64,000 bases of DNA from assembly GCA_050261335.1 (NCBI GenBank), contig JBLNDE010000050.1, forward strand, positions 7,435 to 71,434, read 5' to 3'. The number at the start of each line of letters is the position of its first letter. Within the stretch, counting starts at the first letter, position 1. The translations under genes were made by a program, and so were the position numbers. The notes below the pieces were generated by a model that worked only from the letters and a program-made list of their open reading frames with translations, had not been told where the DNA came from and did no database searches. This DNA is from Bacillota bacterium. Its GTDB lineage: Bacteria > Bacillota > SHA-98 > UBA4971. Below are positions 1 to 7,055 of the stretch, piece by piece.

Positions 1-150
1 GCCGAAGAGCGCGAAGGTGATCGCATCGAGAAGCGAGGACTTCCCCGCCCCATTCTCGCCCACCAGTGCTCCGCAAGCGATTGGGCTCAGGTCGACGGAC
101 TCGCGGCGGTAGGAGAGGAAGTTCTCGAGGTCCAGTCTGATCGGTTCCAC
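1..150 (-). CDS. sbcC: SbcC/Rad50-like ATPase, N-terminal fragment (continues beyond window)
   Basis: Reverse translation from GTG 148-150 gives VEPIRLDLENFLSYRRESVDLSPIACGALVGENGAGKSSLLDAITFALFG, which contains a Walker A motif (GENGAGKSS). The start abuts the TAG stop (151-153) of the SbcD-like gene. Confidence 0.75.
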   Translation of the reverse strand, partial: MEPIRLDLENFLSYRRESVDLSPIACGALVGENGAGKSSLLDAITFALFG

Positions 151-1332
151 CTACGCCACCTCCTTGAGGAGAGCCTGAGCCGCCAGGACCACGGACTTCC
201 CGAGCCGCTCGCTGATGTCAGTGCGTGTGGCCAGCCACTTTTCGAGGGCCTCCAAAGGGCTCGTGGTCTCCGTCACGGAGGCCTCGCGGGCCCGTTCGCT
301 GCGGATAATGTCCGGGAAGACCCCGGCGATCTGGTGGGGAGACTCTTGCTCCAGCCGCTTGAGGATCGCCGAGTGATCCACCCGCGATGCCAACTCCTCG
401 GTGCAGCGATACACGACCCGGACGATCGCGTCGCGGGCAGCCTCGAAGTCGTCGCCGGTACCGATGAGTCCGTCGAGCCATGCCTGGACGTCCTGATCAT
501 CACCGAACTCAAGGGTCCAAAACCGCCGTGCAGGAAGCTCGACGAACTCGACTTCCTGTGTCGCGAGGTCCACTATGTAGCACCCACATTCGTTTCTCTC
601 CTCGCCGAAGTCGTGGCGCTCGAGGACCCCGGTGTGCAGCACGACCGGATCAGTCGCGATTACCTGCGGCGCATGTATGTGGCCCATGACCACCGCCCTG
701 ACGGGGAGAGCCTGAAGGTCCCCCAGCGGCAGCGTGGGCTCCGTGGCCGCGAGGGAGTTGCCGGCAGCAAGACGACACCCGGAGATCGCCCAATGACCCA
801 TCAGGACGACGGGCTTGGACCCGTCCGCCTCGGTCAACCAGTAGCGCGCGATCTCCAAAAGTCGCGCCGACGTTTCCTGAGCAGCCACTGCGGGATCCGC
901 GCCGCCGGTCCCCACTGCCTTTGTGAACGGCAAGACCACAACGTCCACTTCGGACAAGTGCACGATTATGGGCTGTGTGATGCCCCAGCGGAGGCCGTCC
1001 GGCGCGAGACGGCCTACGAGGTCGACCGGCGAGATCTGCCCGGGACCGAGGTCGTCGTGATTGCCCTTGCAGCCGACCACCGGGATGCCTGAGTCCTCGA
1101 ATGCGCGGAAGAGATCCGCTACCTCTAGCATCTGAGCCGGCGAGGGCCGGGAATTCGGGAAGAGATCCCCGGGAAAAAGCGCCGCGCTGACCTTGTGCTC
1201 GACGGCGGCCTGGAGGAGCGCTTGCGCGCTCCTCCGCCACTCCTGCAGGCGCGAAGGAATGCCGTCTTCGCCCGTCCGGTTGAACGTCGGCCAGAAACAA
1301 TGGAGGTCGCCGGAGCAGAGAATCTTAGGCAT
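151..1332 (-). CDS. sbcD: SbcD/Mre11-like metallophosphoesterase nuclease
   Basis: 393-aa ORF with calcineurin-type motifs in canonical order (GDLH, GDLF, GNHD, GHW, GHIH), immediately followed by the SbcC-like ATPase. Confidence 0.85.
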   Translation of the reverse strand: MPKILCSGDLHCFWPTFNRTGEDGIPSRLQEWRRSAQALLQAAVEHKVSAALFPGDLFPNSRPSPAQMLEVADLFRAFEDSGIPVVGCKGNHDDLGPGQISPVDLVGRLAPDGLRWGITQPIIVHLSEVDVVVLPFTKAVGTGGADPAVAAQETSARLLEIARYWLTEADGSKPVVLMGHWAISGCRLAAGNSLAATEPTLPLGDLQALPVRAVVMGHIHAPQVIATDPVVLHTGVLERHDFGEERNECGCYIVDLATQEVEFVELPARRFWTLEFGDDQDVQAWLDGLIGTGDDFEAARDAIVRVVYRCTEELASRVDHSAILKRLEQESPHQIAGVFPDIIRSERAREASVTETTSPLEALEKWLATRTDISERLGKSVVLAAQALLKEVA

Positions 1333-2455
1333 TCGCCGCCGCCCCCTTCGCCTTGTTCTGGCAGCTATAGCACAGGACGCGCCCGAACTTCTTCTGGCTG
1401 TAGCTCACTACGCTGCCCGAAGTGATCTTCTTGCCGCACTCAACACAGGTCCCGTAGACGACCGGGCGCGGCTTGGCCTCCGTAGGCTCAGGCGCGGGAG
1501 CAGGCTCGGGTGGGAAGAGCGTACCATCAGGCGGGGCCGCCTCATCGGACGCTTCCTCATCCGCAGGCTCCTCGGAGGGCACCTCGAGAGCCTCCTCGGC
1601 GTCACCCGGTTCGACTGCGTCAGGCGCGGGTCCCGAGGACGAGGCTCCGGCTTCGACCGTCTCGTCATCCTGGGTCGGCGCCGCGATGGCCGGTCGCTCC
1701 GCAAACGCCACCTGGGGCGCAGGGGGCGTGGCGGCTCCGAACAGAGCGCTCATCGCCGCCACGCCGTGCTGAATGAGAGCCTGGCGCACTCCGGGATCGT
1801 TGTAGTCCGGCGAGAAGTCGATTCTCGGCACGACGAAAGGCTTGTGGAGTTCCGCGGCTGTGTATTGGCTCTTGATCCCGAGCGCCGCCCTGATGACGCG
1901 AAGCATCGCGCCCGTCTCGGCTCTCATGAGCTTGTTCTTCCGCCACTGGATCATGGCTGTGTGTGTCTGTCGAGCTGCCCACTCCTCGGGTTCCAGGCTC
2001 TTTAGGTTGTCTTTCTTCTTGGGATCGCCGGCATACTCGTACGCCTTCTTGAGGTTCGCTTCGTGGGTCTCTTCCTCGATCACCGCGAGGTCGATTTCCT
2101 TCTCAGCCATGATTGGCTGCCACGAGCCATCTGGGAGCCTCACCGCGCCCACGGCCTTGTAGCAGACATAGTCTCGCTGCAAGACCGTCGGGCCGCTCTC
2201 GCGCCAGTTCCACACGATGCCGGCAGCCGCGGCAATTCGCATCAGTGCGGGTTTTGCCAGGCAGTAGATGTCGTCCCAGGCCTTCGCTTTTTCGTTATAG
2301 CGGCTCCCGACCTTGAACACGTCGCCCGACATCGGATCGGGGTTGACCTGCACCACCGTGGTGCGCGCCGCGTGCCATGGGCTCACCTGCTCGATGTGCT
2401 GCGTCGGCATCAGGACGTTGAACTTGTCGGGCTTATACTCTACAAGCTGGCCCAC
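1325..2455 (-). CDS. Phage hypothetical protein with an acidic/Pro-rich linker and a C-terminal CxxC...CxxC zinc ribbon
   Basis: 376-aa ORF with a GTG start directly after the TAG stop of the upstream ORF, and an 8-nt overlap with sbcD. The C-terminus reads CVECGKKITSGSVVSYSQKKFGRVLCYSCQ. No family recognised. Its position next to SbcCD suggests a recombination role (inference only). Confidence 0.6.
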   Translation of the reverse strand: MGQLVEYKPDKFNVLMPTQHIEQVSPWHAARTTVVQVNPDPMSGDVFKVGSRYNEKAKAWDDIYCLAKPALMRIAAAAGIVWNWRESGPTVLQRDYVCYKAVGAVRLPDGSWQPIMAEKEIDLAVIEEETHEANLKKAYEYAGDPKKKDNLKSLEPEEWAARQTHTAMIQWRKNKLMRAETGAMLRVIRAALGIKSQYTAAELHKPFVVPRIDFSPDYNDPGVRQALIQHGVAAMSALFGAATPPAPQVAFAERPAIAAPTQDDETVEAGASSSGPAPDAVEPGDAEEALEVPSEEPADEEASDEAAPPDGTLFPPEPAPAPEPTEAKPRPVVYGTCVECGKKITSGSVVSYSQKKFGRVLCYSCQNKAKGAAANA

Positions 2456-2809
2456 CTAGACCACCTCCTTGAGCCGTTCGCGGGATGTGGATCCGCGTGC
2501 GAGCCAGACCCGCAGATCCTGCGTCAGAGCTCGCATGCCCTTCAGATACGTCTCGAGGTAATCGCGCAGCCCGGTATCGTGCCGGTGTTCTTCAACGCGT
2601 CTGCGGAATGCGCGCCCCAGGCTGTCGATGTAAGCTGTCGCCGACTCACTAATGTCCGTCACCGTGTAGGCTTCTACCGTCGCGGCGGACAAGCGGTCGA
2701 CCGCCTTGCCGAGGATCCCTCGATCGTCGAGCCCTGCGTTGTCCACAAGTCTCTCGATCTCGCCGAGAACCTCCGCGACGGTGTCAGCGTCCACCATCCG
2801 TGCCATCAC
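2456..2809 (-). CDS. Phage hypothetical protein (117 aa)
   Basis: ORF tightly packed between neighbours (4-nt overlap upstream, 0-nt gap downstream) on the same strand as the operon. No motif recognised. Confidence 0.5.
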   Translation of the reverse strand: MMARMVDADTVAEVLGEIERLVDNAGLDDRGILGKAVDRLSAATVEAYTVTDISESATAYIDSLGRAFRRRVEEHRHDTGLRDYLETYLKGMRALTQDLRVWLARGSTSRERLKEVV

Positions 2810-3600
2810 GCCGCACCCCGCTTTCTCGCCTCGCGCCGCTCCCAGCGACGCGCGTTCGTCCGAGCGCGCTTGAGCATCTTAGGGATGTCGTGGGTAATGA
2901 TGTAGGTCCCCTCGTCCTCCAAGCCCAGCACCTGGAGCATGTTCGCGCAGGCCACATAAGCACGGTCGCTCGCGGCCACATAGCCGCCGTAGTGCGTCGC
3001 GGAGAACAAAGGCTCGACGTCATTGCGGAGAATGCTCAAGATGCTGTAGATTGCGGCGACTGCCTTGCCGGGGTCCGCGCAATCGAGCCCGTGCGGGCAG
3101 ATACCCCTCTCCCGCAGGATCGAGCGCCGGTATTGCCTCTGAACGTCCGGAGGGATGCGATACTGCCCGGGCTCGAGCTCGTTGGCCGGATTCATGTAAT
3201 GCCCTGTGACCTGGAGCATCTCGTCCATGCCCGGCACAGACACCTTGAGCACCTCGACTGGCTGCCTCCGCAGCCCGAGGCCTTCCACTATTTCGCACAT
3301 CAGCCTGTTGATCTCGCTGTTGGTCTCCTGGTCCGCTCCGGTCTCGCCCGGTTCGATCCCCTCGGCCCGGAGCCACTCAGGCCAGACCTCCATCTGATGC
3401 TCAAGCCGACCGAGAAGTGTCACGACGTGTTGAGGATTCTCGCAGTTGAACCCGTGGTGGCACCGGCTTGCCGACCGGTCCAGGGCTTCCTGGGCGCTCT
3501 CCTCGCGCTTGCGCCGGGCACGGCAAATCGGCCCGATTCCGAGTTTCATGCTCTCGGGGTTCGAGAGCGCCCGCTTGCACGCGTAACACCTGTTCGCCAC
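2806..3600 (-). CDS. Phage hypothetical protein with an N-terminal CxxC...GIGPIC motif (DUF6011-like)
   Basis: 264-aa ORF with a GTG start preceded by AAGGGGGTGA. The N-terminus MANRCYACKRALSNPESMKLGIGPICR resembles the short Cys/GxGPxC motif common in phage proteins. Confidence 0.6.
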   Translation of the reverse strand: MANRCYACKRALSNPESMKLGIGPICRARRKREESAQEALDRSASRCHHGFNCENPQHVVTLLGRLEHQMEVWPEWLRAEGIEPGETGADQETNSEINRLMCEIVEGLGLRRQPVEVLKVSVPGMDEMLQVTGHYMNPANELEPGQYRIPPDVQRQYRRSILRERGICPHGLDCADPGKAVAAIYSILSILRNDVEPLFSATHYGGYVAASDRAYVACANMLQVLGLEDEGTYIITHDIPKMLKRARTNARRWERREARKRGAA

Positions 3601-3667
3601 GCCTCGTCACCCCCTTGAACCTCCAGTCCCGGCGTGGTAGACTGGAGGTGGTTGAGACTTGCCTGCT

Positions 3668-3699
3668 GGGGTCGAGGCGACTGCCATCGCCTCGACCCC
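3668..3699. terminator. 13-bp perfect-stem hairpin (GGGGTCGAGGCGA-ctgcca-TCGCCTCGACCCC)
   Basis: Seen directly in the sequence. It lies just downstream of the small minus-strand ORF 3706-3927. The T/C-rich tail is on the plus-strand side only. A second 9-bp hairpin lies at 3620-3648. Confidence 0.4.
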
Positions 3700-3705
3700 T
3701 TCCCT

Positions 3706-3927
3706 TCACGCCGCACTCTTCGGCTGCGGCTGCGGCGTCTCGCTCGCGAGCATTGCGGCCCCGAGAGCGGCCATCAGTCCGCTGATGGGCCCCGTGTAGG
3801 CGAAGCCACGTACCCACCTGCGGTCAAACTTCCGCGCCGCGAGGTAACACTCCATCACCCGCCGGTCCTTGAGTCCTCGCCGTCCGCCTAGGGCACGAAT
3901 CGTCTCGCACAGTGTCGCTTTCGGCAT
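3706..3927 (-). CDS. Small phage protein (73 aa) with a hydrophobic C-terminal segment
   Basis: ATG at 3925-3927 preceded by a strong RBS (AAAGGAGGTGCAACAC). Only this C-terminal part of the 186-aa track ORF has a start signal. Confidence 0.55.
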   Translation of the reverse strand: MPKATLCETIRALGGRRGLKDRRVMECYLAARKFDRRWVRGFAYTGPISGLMAALGAAMLASETPQPQPKSAA

Positions 3928-4016
3928 GTGTTGCACCTCCTTTCCAAAGCAGGACCTTCGCTGGAAACACCGAAGCACTACCGGAGCACCGGGCGCTTGC
4001 ACGGGAGGTTGATATC

Positions 4017-4205
4017 GTGGCCAGGCCAACCAGGTCGCGCAACCAGAACGGTCGCTTCCGTAAGAAGCGTAGCGACACGCACCAGGAGACTCTCGAGAAG
4101 ACTTACGACGGCGGTGTCCCTGGTGGTCGTGGTGACCGTCACCTGAAAACCATCCTGAAGAATGAGGGTTCCCCGTCTCTCTCCAAGCTCTTGAAGAAGG
4201 ACTAA
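4017..4205 (+). CDS. Small basic protein (62 aa: VARPTRSRNQNGRFRKKRSD...)
   Basis: GTG at 4017 preceded by GGGAGG at ~9 nt, with strongly coding-like third-position GC. It is the only plus-strand ORF inside the minus-strand early block. Confidence 0.5.
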   Translation: MARPTRSRNQNGRFRKKRSDTHQETLEKTYDGGVPGGRGDRHLKTILKNEGSPSLSKLLKKD

Positions 4206-4222
4206 CAATCCTGCCCGGTGCC

Positions 4223-4498
4223 CTAGATCTCTCTGTCGGGGATATCTGCCTCCCCGATTTTGTCAATGTGCTCGACCCAGCCGGCCGGAATGACTATGTA
4301 GTCGTGCTGGTTGTCTCCCGGCTCGACGGTGTAGTTCTGAAGAATCGCCACGCACCGCTTAGTCCTCTTGAGTAGTAGTCCGCACGAATACTGCACGGGT
4401 AGGACGTCCTCGAATCGTTTCGGGAAGGCGCACCCGTCCGCCCGGCATGCATCACGCCACCTTACGAGCACAACAGGAAGCCTTATCGCGGCGCCCAA
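4223..4498 (-). CDS. Phage hypothetical protein (91 aa; start uncertain, alternative GTG at 4471)
   Basis: ORF in operon orientation. The TTG start overlaps the upstream gene by 16 nt. No motif recognised. Confidence 0.45.
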   Translation of the reverse strand: MGAAIRLPVVLVRWRDACRADGCAFPKRFEDVLPVQYSCGLLLKRTKRCVAILQNYTVEPGDNQHDYIVIPAGWVEHIDKIGEADIPDREI

Positions 4499-4791
4499 CC
4501 CGCTCCCCGCTCCTTCCTGTGGCTCGTTACCCGCCGCCTTCTCCGGTAGGCGTATGCAGGTAGGTCGTCATCTCCCGGCCGATGCCCGCCTTCCGCGACG
4601 AACCGTGCGATCTCGTCCCGATGGATACGAGGCGTGCCGCCCACCCACACGGCCGCAAGGTCACCGCGCCTGATGAGGCGGTATACGTGCTGCCGCGACA
4701 CCCGGAACAGGGCCGCCACTTCGGAGGGCCGCAGCCATTCGGGCTCGGGCCGGTCTGCTGCGGGGAGTCTTGGTTCGATTACATCCATCAT
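4483..4791 (-). CDS. Excisionase-family helix-turn-helix DNA-binding protein
   Basis: LRPSEVAALFRVSRQHVYRLIRRGDLAAVWVGGTPRIHRDEIARFV matches the MerR-like excisionase HTH pattern. The start was moved to ATG 4789-4791 (MMDVIEP...). Confidence 0.65.
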   Translation of the reverse strand: MMDVIEPRLPAADRPEPEWLRPSEVAALFRVSRQHVYRLIRRGDLAAVWVGGTPRIHRDEIARFVAEGGHRPGDDDLPAYAYRRRRRVTSHRKERGAGWAPR

Positions 4792-4870
4792 GCCAGCGTC
4801 TCTCCATTCCGTTTGTCTCTTGGCTCGATAACCTCGTCCCGGTGTCTCGCAGCCGTGATCCGAAGATGCA

Positions 4871-5425
4871 TCACGCCGGCACCGCCTCCCACGTTTCCTG
4901 CCCCGGCACCACAACGCCCTTCACCGCGAGTTTGCGGGCGTGTCTCTCACGGGCTTCGATGCCGATCGTTCGGTCGAGCCGGTCGAGGCTTGCCGCCAGG
5001 ACGGACGCTGCGTGTTGCGTATCGCACACCGCCTGCTCGTATAGCCGGATCAGGGCCTCCCTGTCATTGCGGGTCACCGCGTTCTGGACTCCCTCAAGGC
5101 TTTCGAGCGCCTCTCGATCCTCCTCAAGGACGATCCAGGCCGCCTCTCCCGGCCGGAGAATGGCCGGAGCTGGCACGGCTGCATCCTGCAGGGCCGCGAC
5201 GATTCCACGCCCGAGGCCCTCCACCTCCACCGTGATGGGGACCTGGAGATGGTAAGCAGCCCGGAGGGCGTGGCTGATGGTGATCGAGCATCTGCCGGTC
5301 TCGATGGCGCAAACGTGCTTGCCGTCGGACACGTCCAGGATCTCCGCAAAGGCGTCCGCTGAGTAGGCGGCGGCCCTGCGCTTTGCCCTCAGGTCTACGG
5401 CTCTCACCATCGCGGTCTTTCGCAT
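4871..5425 (-). CDS. Phage hypothetical protein (184 aa)
   Basis: ORF starting MRK, preceded by GAGAGGAGGG, which lies inside the 62-bp repeat (copy 1). Confidence 0.55.
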   Translation of the reverse strand: MRKTAMVRAVDLRAKRRAAAYSADAFAEILDVSDGKHVCAIETGRCSITISHALRAAYHLQVPITVEVEGLGRGIVAALQDAAVPAPAILRPGEAAWIVLEEDREALESLEGVQNAVTRNDREALIRLYEQAVCDTQHAASVLAASLDRLDRTIGIEARERHARKLAVKGVVVPGQETWEAVPA

Positions 5426-5498
5426 GCTCTTGTCCCTCCTCTCGTGGCGAATTCGGTATCAAACCCCAGGGCGCAGGGGTAAGATTGACGTGGGCGAT
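5417..5498 (-). repeat. Leader repeat copy 1 (62-bp core 5437-5498 plus a weaker extension through the MRK start codon)
   Basis: The core is 61/62 identical to 6572-6633. On the minus strand it contains the CCCC-TGCGCCCT-GGGG hairpin, then TTTGATA, then the RBS GAGAGGAGG. Confidence 0.85.
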
Positions 5499-5686
5499 GA
5501 CGATTCATCCAGGAGCTCGCTCGCGGGCACTCCAAGGGCAGCGGCGAGTTTCTGTAGAGTCCGCGTTGTAGGGCTCTTCCGGCCCATCTCAATGTAGTGG
5601 ATTGACGACTGGGCCACGCCCGCAGCCTTTGCAAGCTCCTGTTGAGATAGCCCGAGTTGTTCTCTCAAGGTCTTGACCTTGCTCAT
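5459..5686 (-). CDS. XRE-family HTH protein (Cro-like, 75 aa)
   Basis: LREQLGLSQQELAKAAGVAQSSIHYIEMGRKSPTTRTLQKLAAALGV is a typical HTH_3 pattern. RBS AAAGGTGA. Divergent from 5788-6105. Confidence 0.85.
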   Translation of the reverse strand: MSKVKTLREQLGLSQQELAKAAGVAQSSIHYIEMGRKSPTTRTLQKLAAALGVPASELLDESSSPTSILPLRPGV

Positions 5687-5708
5687 GGATTATCACCTTT
5701 TCGATTAG

Positions 5709-5736
5709 AGTATATCAGTCCTTCGCTTACTGTCAA
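5709..5736 (-). promoter_or_regulatory. Leftward sigma-70-type promoter of switch 1 (TTGACA-16-TATACT)
   Basis: On the minus strand, the -35 TTGACA is the complement of 5731-5736 and the -10 TATACT is the complement of 5709-5714. Confidence 0.5.
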
Positions 5737-5748
5737 TAACTATTTTGA

Positions 5749-5782
5749 TTGACCACATGATACAATCACTATAGTAATTACT
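5749..5782 (+). promoter_or_regulatory. Rightward promoter of switch 1 (TTGACC-17-TAGTAA) overlapping the 10-bp perfect palindrome AGTAATTACT
   Basis: -35 at 5749-5754, -10 at 5772-5777, palindrome at 5773-5782. The predicted TSS falls within a few nt of the GTG/TTG start, so the mRNA may be leaderless. Confidence 0.4.
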
Positions 5783-5787
5783 GGCAG

Positions 5788-6105
5788 GTGCTCCACTTGG
5801 ACTTCGGTGCTAGAATCAAGCAGCTCCGAGAAGCTGCTGGCCTAAGCCAGAACGAGCTGGCACGTCGCGCCGGGCTTGCCCAGTCCGGCCTGAGCTATCT
5901 TGAGTCAGGGGCGAAAGGTCCCAGTATCGACACCCTCCTCCGGATTTGCAGCGCTCTGGGTTTGTCGCTGTCGCAGTTTCTGGGGGAGGAAGATAACCCG
6001 CTACCCCCGGACATACGCTTGCTCGTCCGTGAAGTCGAGCAATTGACTCCTGATCAGCGGAGAACTCTGACTGAGTTCATCAGGTCCCTCAAGACCACCG
6101 ATTGA
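5788..6105 (+). CDS. XRE-family HTH protein (CI-like, 105 aa; alternative TTG start at 5797)
   Basis: IKQLREAAGLSQNELARRAGLAQSGLSYLESGAKGPSIDTLLRICSALGLS is a typical HTH_3 pattern. Confidence 0.85.
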   Translation: MLHLDFGARIKQLREAAGLSQNELARRAGLAQSGLSYLESGAKGPSIDTLLRICSALGLSLSQFLGEEDNPLPPDIRLLVREVEQLTPDQRRTLTEFIRSLKTTD

Positions 6106-6127
6106 CTTATCAAGGAGCGTGGACTAA

Positions 6128-6265
6128 GTGGCCAACAAGAGACAGACCAGTTGTAAGGTCGCCAAGAAAGCTTCAAAGATCCTAAAGGACGATCGCTTCA
6201 GCGATGATGCAAAGTCCGTCGCCGGGAGCGCCCTCGCACAAACCAAGAAAGGTAAGGGCAAGTAG
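6128..6265 (+). CDS. Small Lys-rich protein (45 aa: VANKRQTSCKVAKKASKILKDDRFSDDAKSVAGSALAQTKKGKGK)
   Basis: GTG at 6128 with AAGGAG 10 nt upstream. Below the 60-aa cutoff of the ORF track. Its stop is 1 nt from the stop of the convergent ORF 6267-6560. Confidence 0.4.
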   Translation: MANKRQTSCKVAKKASKILKDDRFSDDAKSVAGSALAQTKKGKGK

Positions 6266-6266
6266 G

Positions 6267-6560
6267 CTAGAGTTCATAGGACACGATAAACTCCGTATTC
6301 ACGAACACAGTCTTCTTGCCAGCCAGAATCTTGACAAAGCCGCCTGCCTGGATGGTTGCATCCATGTCAGCTTCGACCTCAACGTCGTCGAAGTAGTCGC
6401 CGTTGGCCAAGCACAAGCGGCGTATGTGTCGTGCCGTTGATCTCTCAAGCCTTTCGAGTGCTCGTATTCGCCCGGAATCGGTCTCGACCGTCGTTTTTCC
6501 GTGCTCTCGCTGAAGAGGCTCACGCTCGGGCGTTGGCGGTTGACCAAGGCACTTTCGCAT
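6267..6560 (-). CDS. Phage hypothetical protein (97 aa)
   Basis: ORF starting MRK directly downstream of leader repeat copy 2, which supplies its RBS. Confidence 0.5.
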   Translation of the reverse strand: MRKCLGQPPTPEREPLQREHGKTTVETDSGRIRALERLERSTARHIRRLCLANGDYFDDVEVEADMDATIQAGGFVKILAGKKTVFVNTEFIVSYEL

Positions 6561-6633
6561 TCTCTCCCCCGTCCTCTCGTGGCGAATTCGGTATCACACC
6601 CCAGGGCGCAGGGGTAAGATTGACGTGGGCGAT
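6552..6633 (-). repeat. Leader repeat copy 2 (62-bp core 6572-6633)
   Basis: 61/62 identical to 5437-5498, with the same position relative to the downstream MRK start codon. Confidence 0.85.
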
Positions 6634-6893
6634 CAGGTACCGGTTGCATCTAGGGCCGCGGCCTGCTCGTCGTTTGGCGCCTTGTCCAAACCGCTTGCGA
6701 AGCCGCTTGCGAAAAAGACCTCTTCTACTGATCGCCCAACAGTGTCAGCGATGCTCTTGGCCAGCTCAAGGGTAGGGTTGCGAACACCCTGCTCGATCTT
6801 GTAGTAGAACGAGGGCGATATGCGGAGCATCTTGGCCATATCCGCAACCGTTAGACCCTTAGCCTTACGGGCTTTTCTTAGCGCATCGCGCAC
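6633..6893 (-). CDS. XRE-family HTH protein (Cro-like, 86 aa)
   Basis: KAKGLTVADMAKMLRISPSFYYKIEQGVRNPTLELAKSIADTVG is an HTH_3 pattern. Divergent from 7056-7412. Confidence 0.85.
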   Translation of the reverse strand: MRDALRKARKAKGLTVADMAKMLRISPSFYYKIEQGVRNPTLELAKSIADTVGRSVEEVFFASGFASGLDKAPNDEQAAALDATGT

Positions 6894-6911
6894 AGTTGTG
6901 ACTCACTCCTC

Positions 6912-7012
6912 TTGGACGTGTCGTCCAACTCTCGGTTTTAGTATACTGGACGAACCGTCCAATGTCAACATGTTTTTGCCCTTCTTGTCCAAGACATTTT
7001 CAGATTGGACAA
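6912..7012. promoter_or_regulatory. Operator cluster of switch 2: three TTGGAC-based inverted repeats
   Basis: O1 at 6912-6928 is TTGGACG-tgt-CGTCCAA (perfect). O2 at 6947-6961 is TGGACG-aac-CGTCCA (perfect). O3 is TTGTCCAA (6985-6992) / TTGGACAA (7005-7012), separated by 12 nt. Confidence 0.6.
6940..6968 (-). promoter_or_regulatory. Leftward promoter of switch 2 (TTGACA-17-TATACT), with operator O2 filling the spacer
   Basis: On the minus strand, the -35 is the complement of 6963-6968, the -10 is the complement of 6940-6945, and the spacer is exactly 17 nt. Confidence 0.6.
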
Positions 7013-7025
7013 TATGTGCTAGAAT
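6997..7025 (+). promoter_or_regulatory. Rightward promoter of switch 2 (extended -10 TGCTAGAAT; weak -35 TTTTCA)
   Basis: TGCTAGAAT lies at 7017-7025, ~30 nt upstream of the ATG at 7056 (RBS GGGAGG). The right arm of O3 lies immediately upstream of the -10. Confidence 0.45.
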
Positions 7026-7055
7026 GGCGACGGAAGTAACCGGGAGGCCGAAAAC

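Noticed and set aside
3928-4266. Upstream two-thirds of the 186-aa minus-strand ORF 3706-4266
   Set aside because: It has no start signal, an Arg/Ser/Gly-rich composition, and overlaps the better-supported plus-strand ORF 4017-4205. Only the RBS-preceded 73-aa C-terminal part is kept.
5797-5802. TTGGAC half-site at the start of the switch-1 CI-like gene as cross-talk with switch-2 operators
   Set aside because: It is a single hexamer with no inverted partner, so chance occurrence is plausible.
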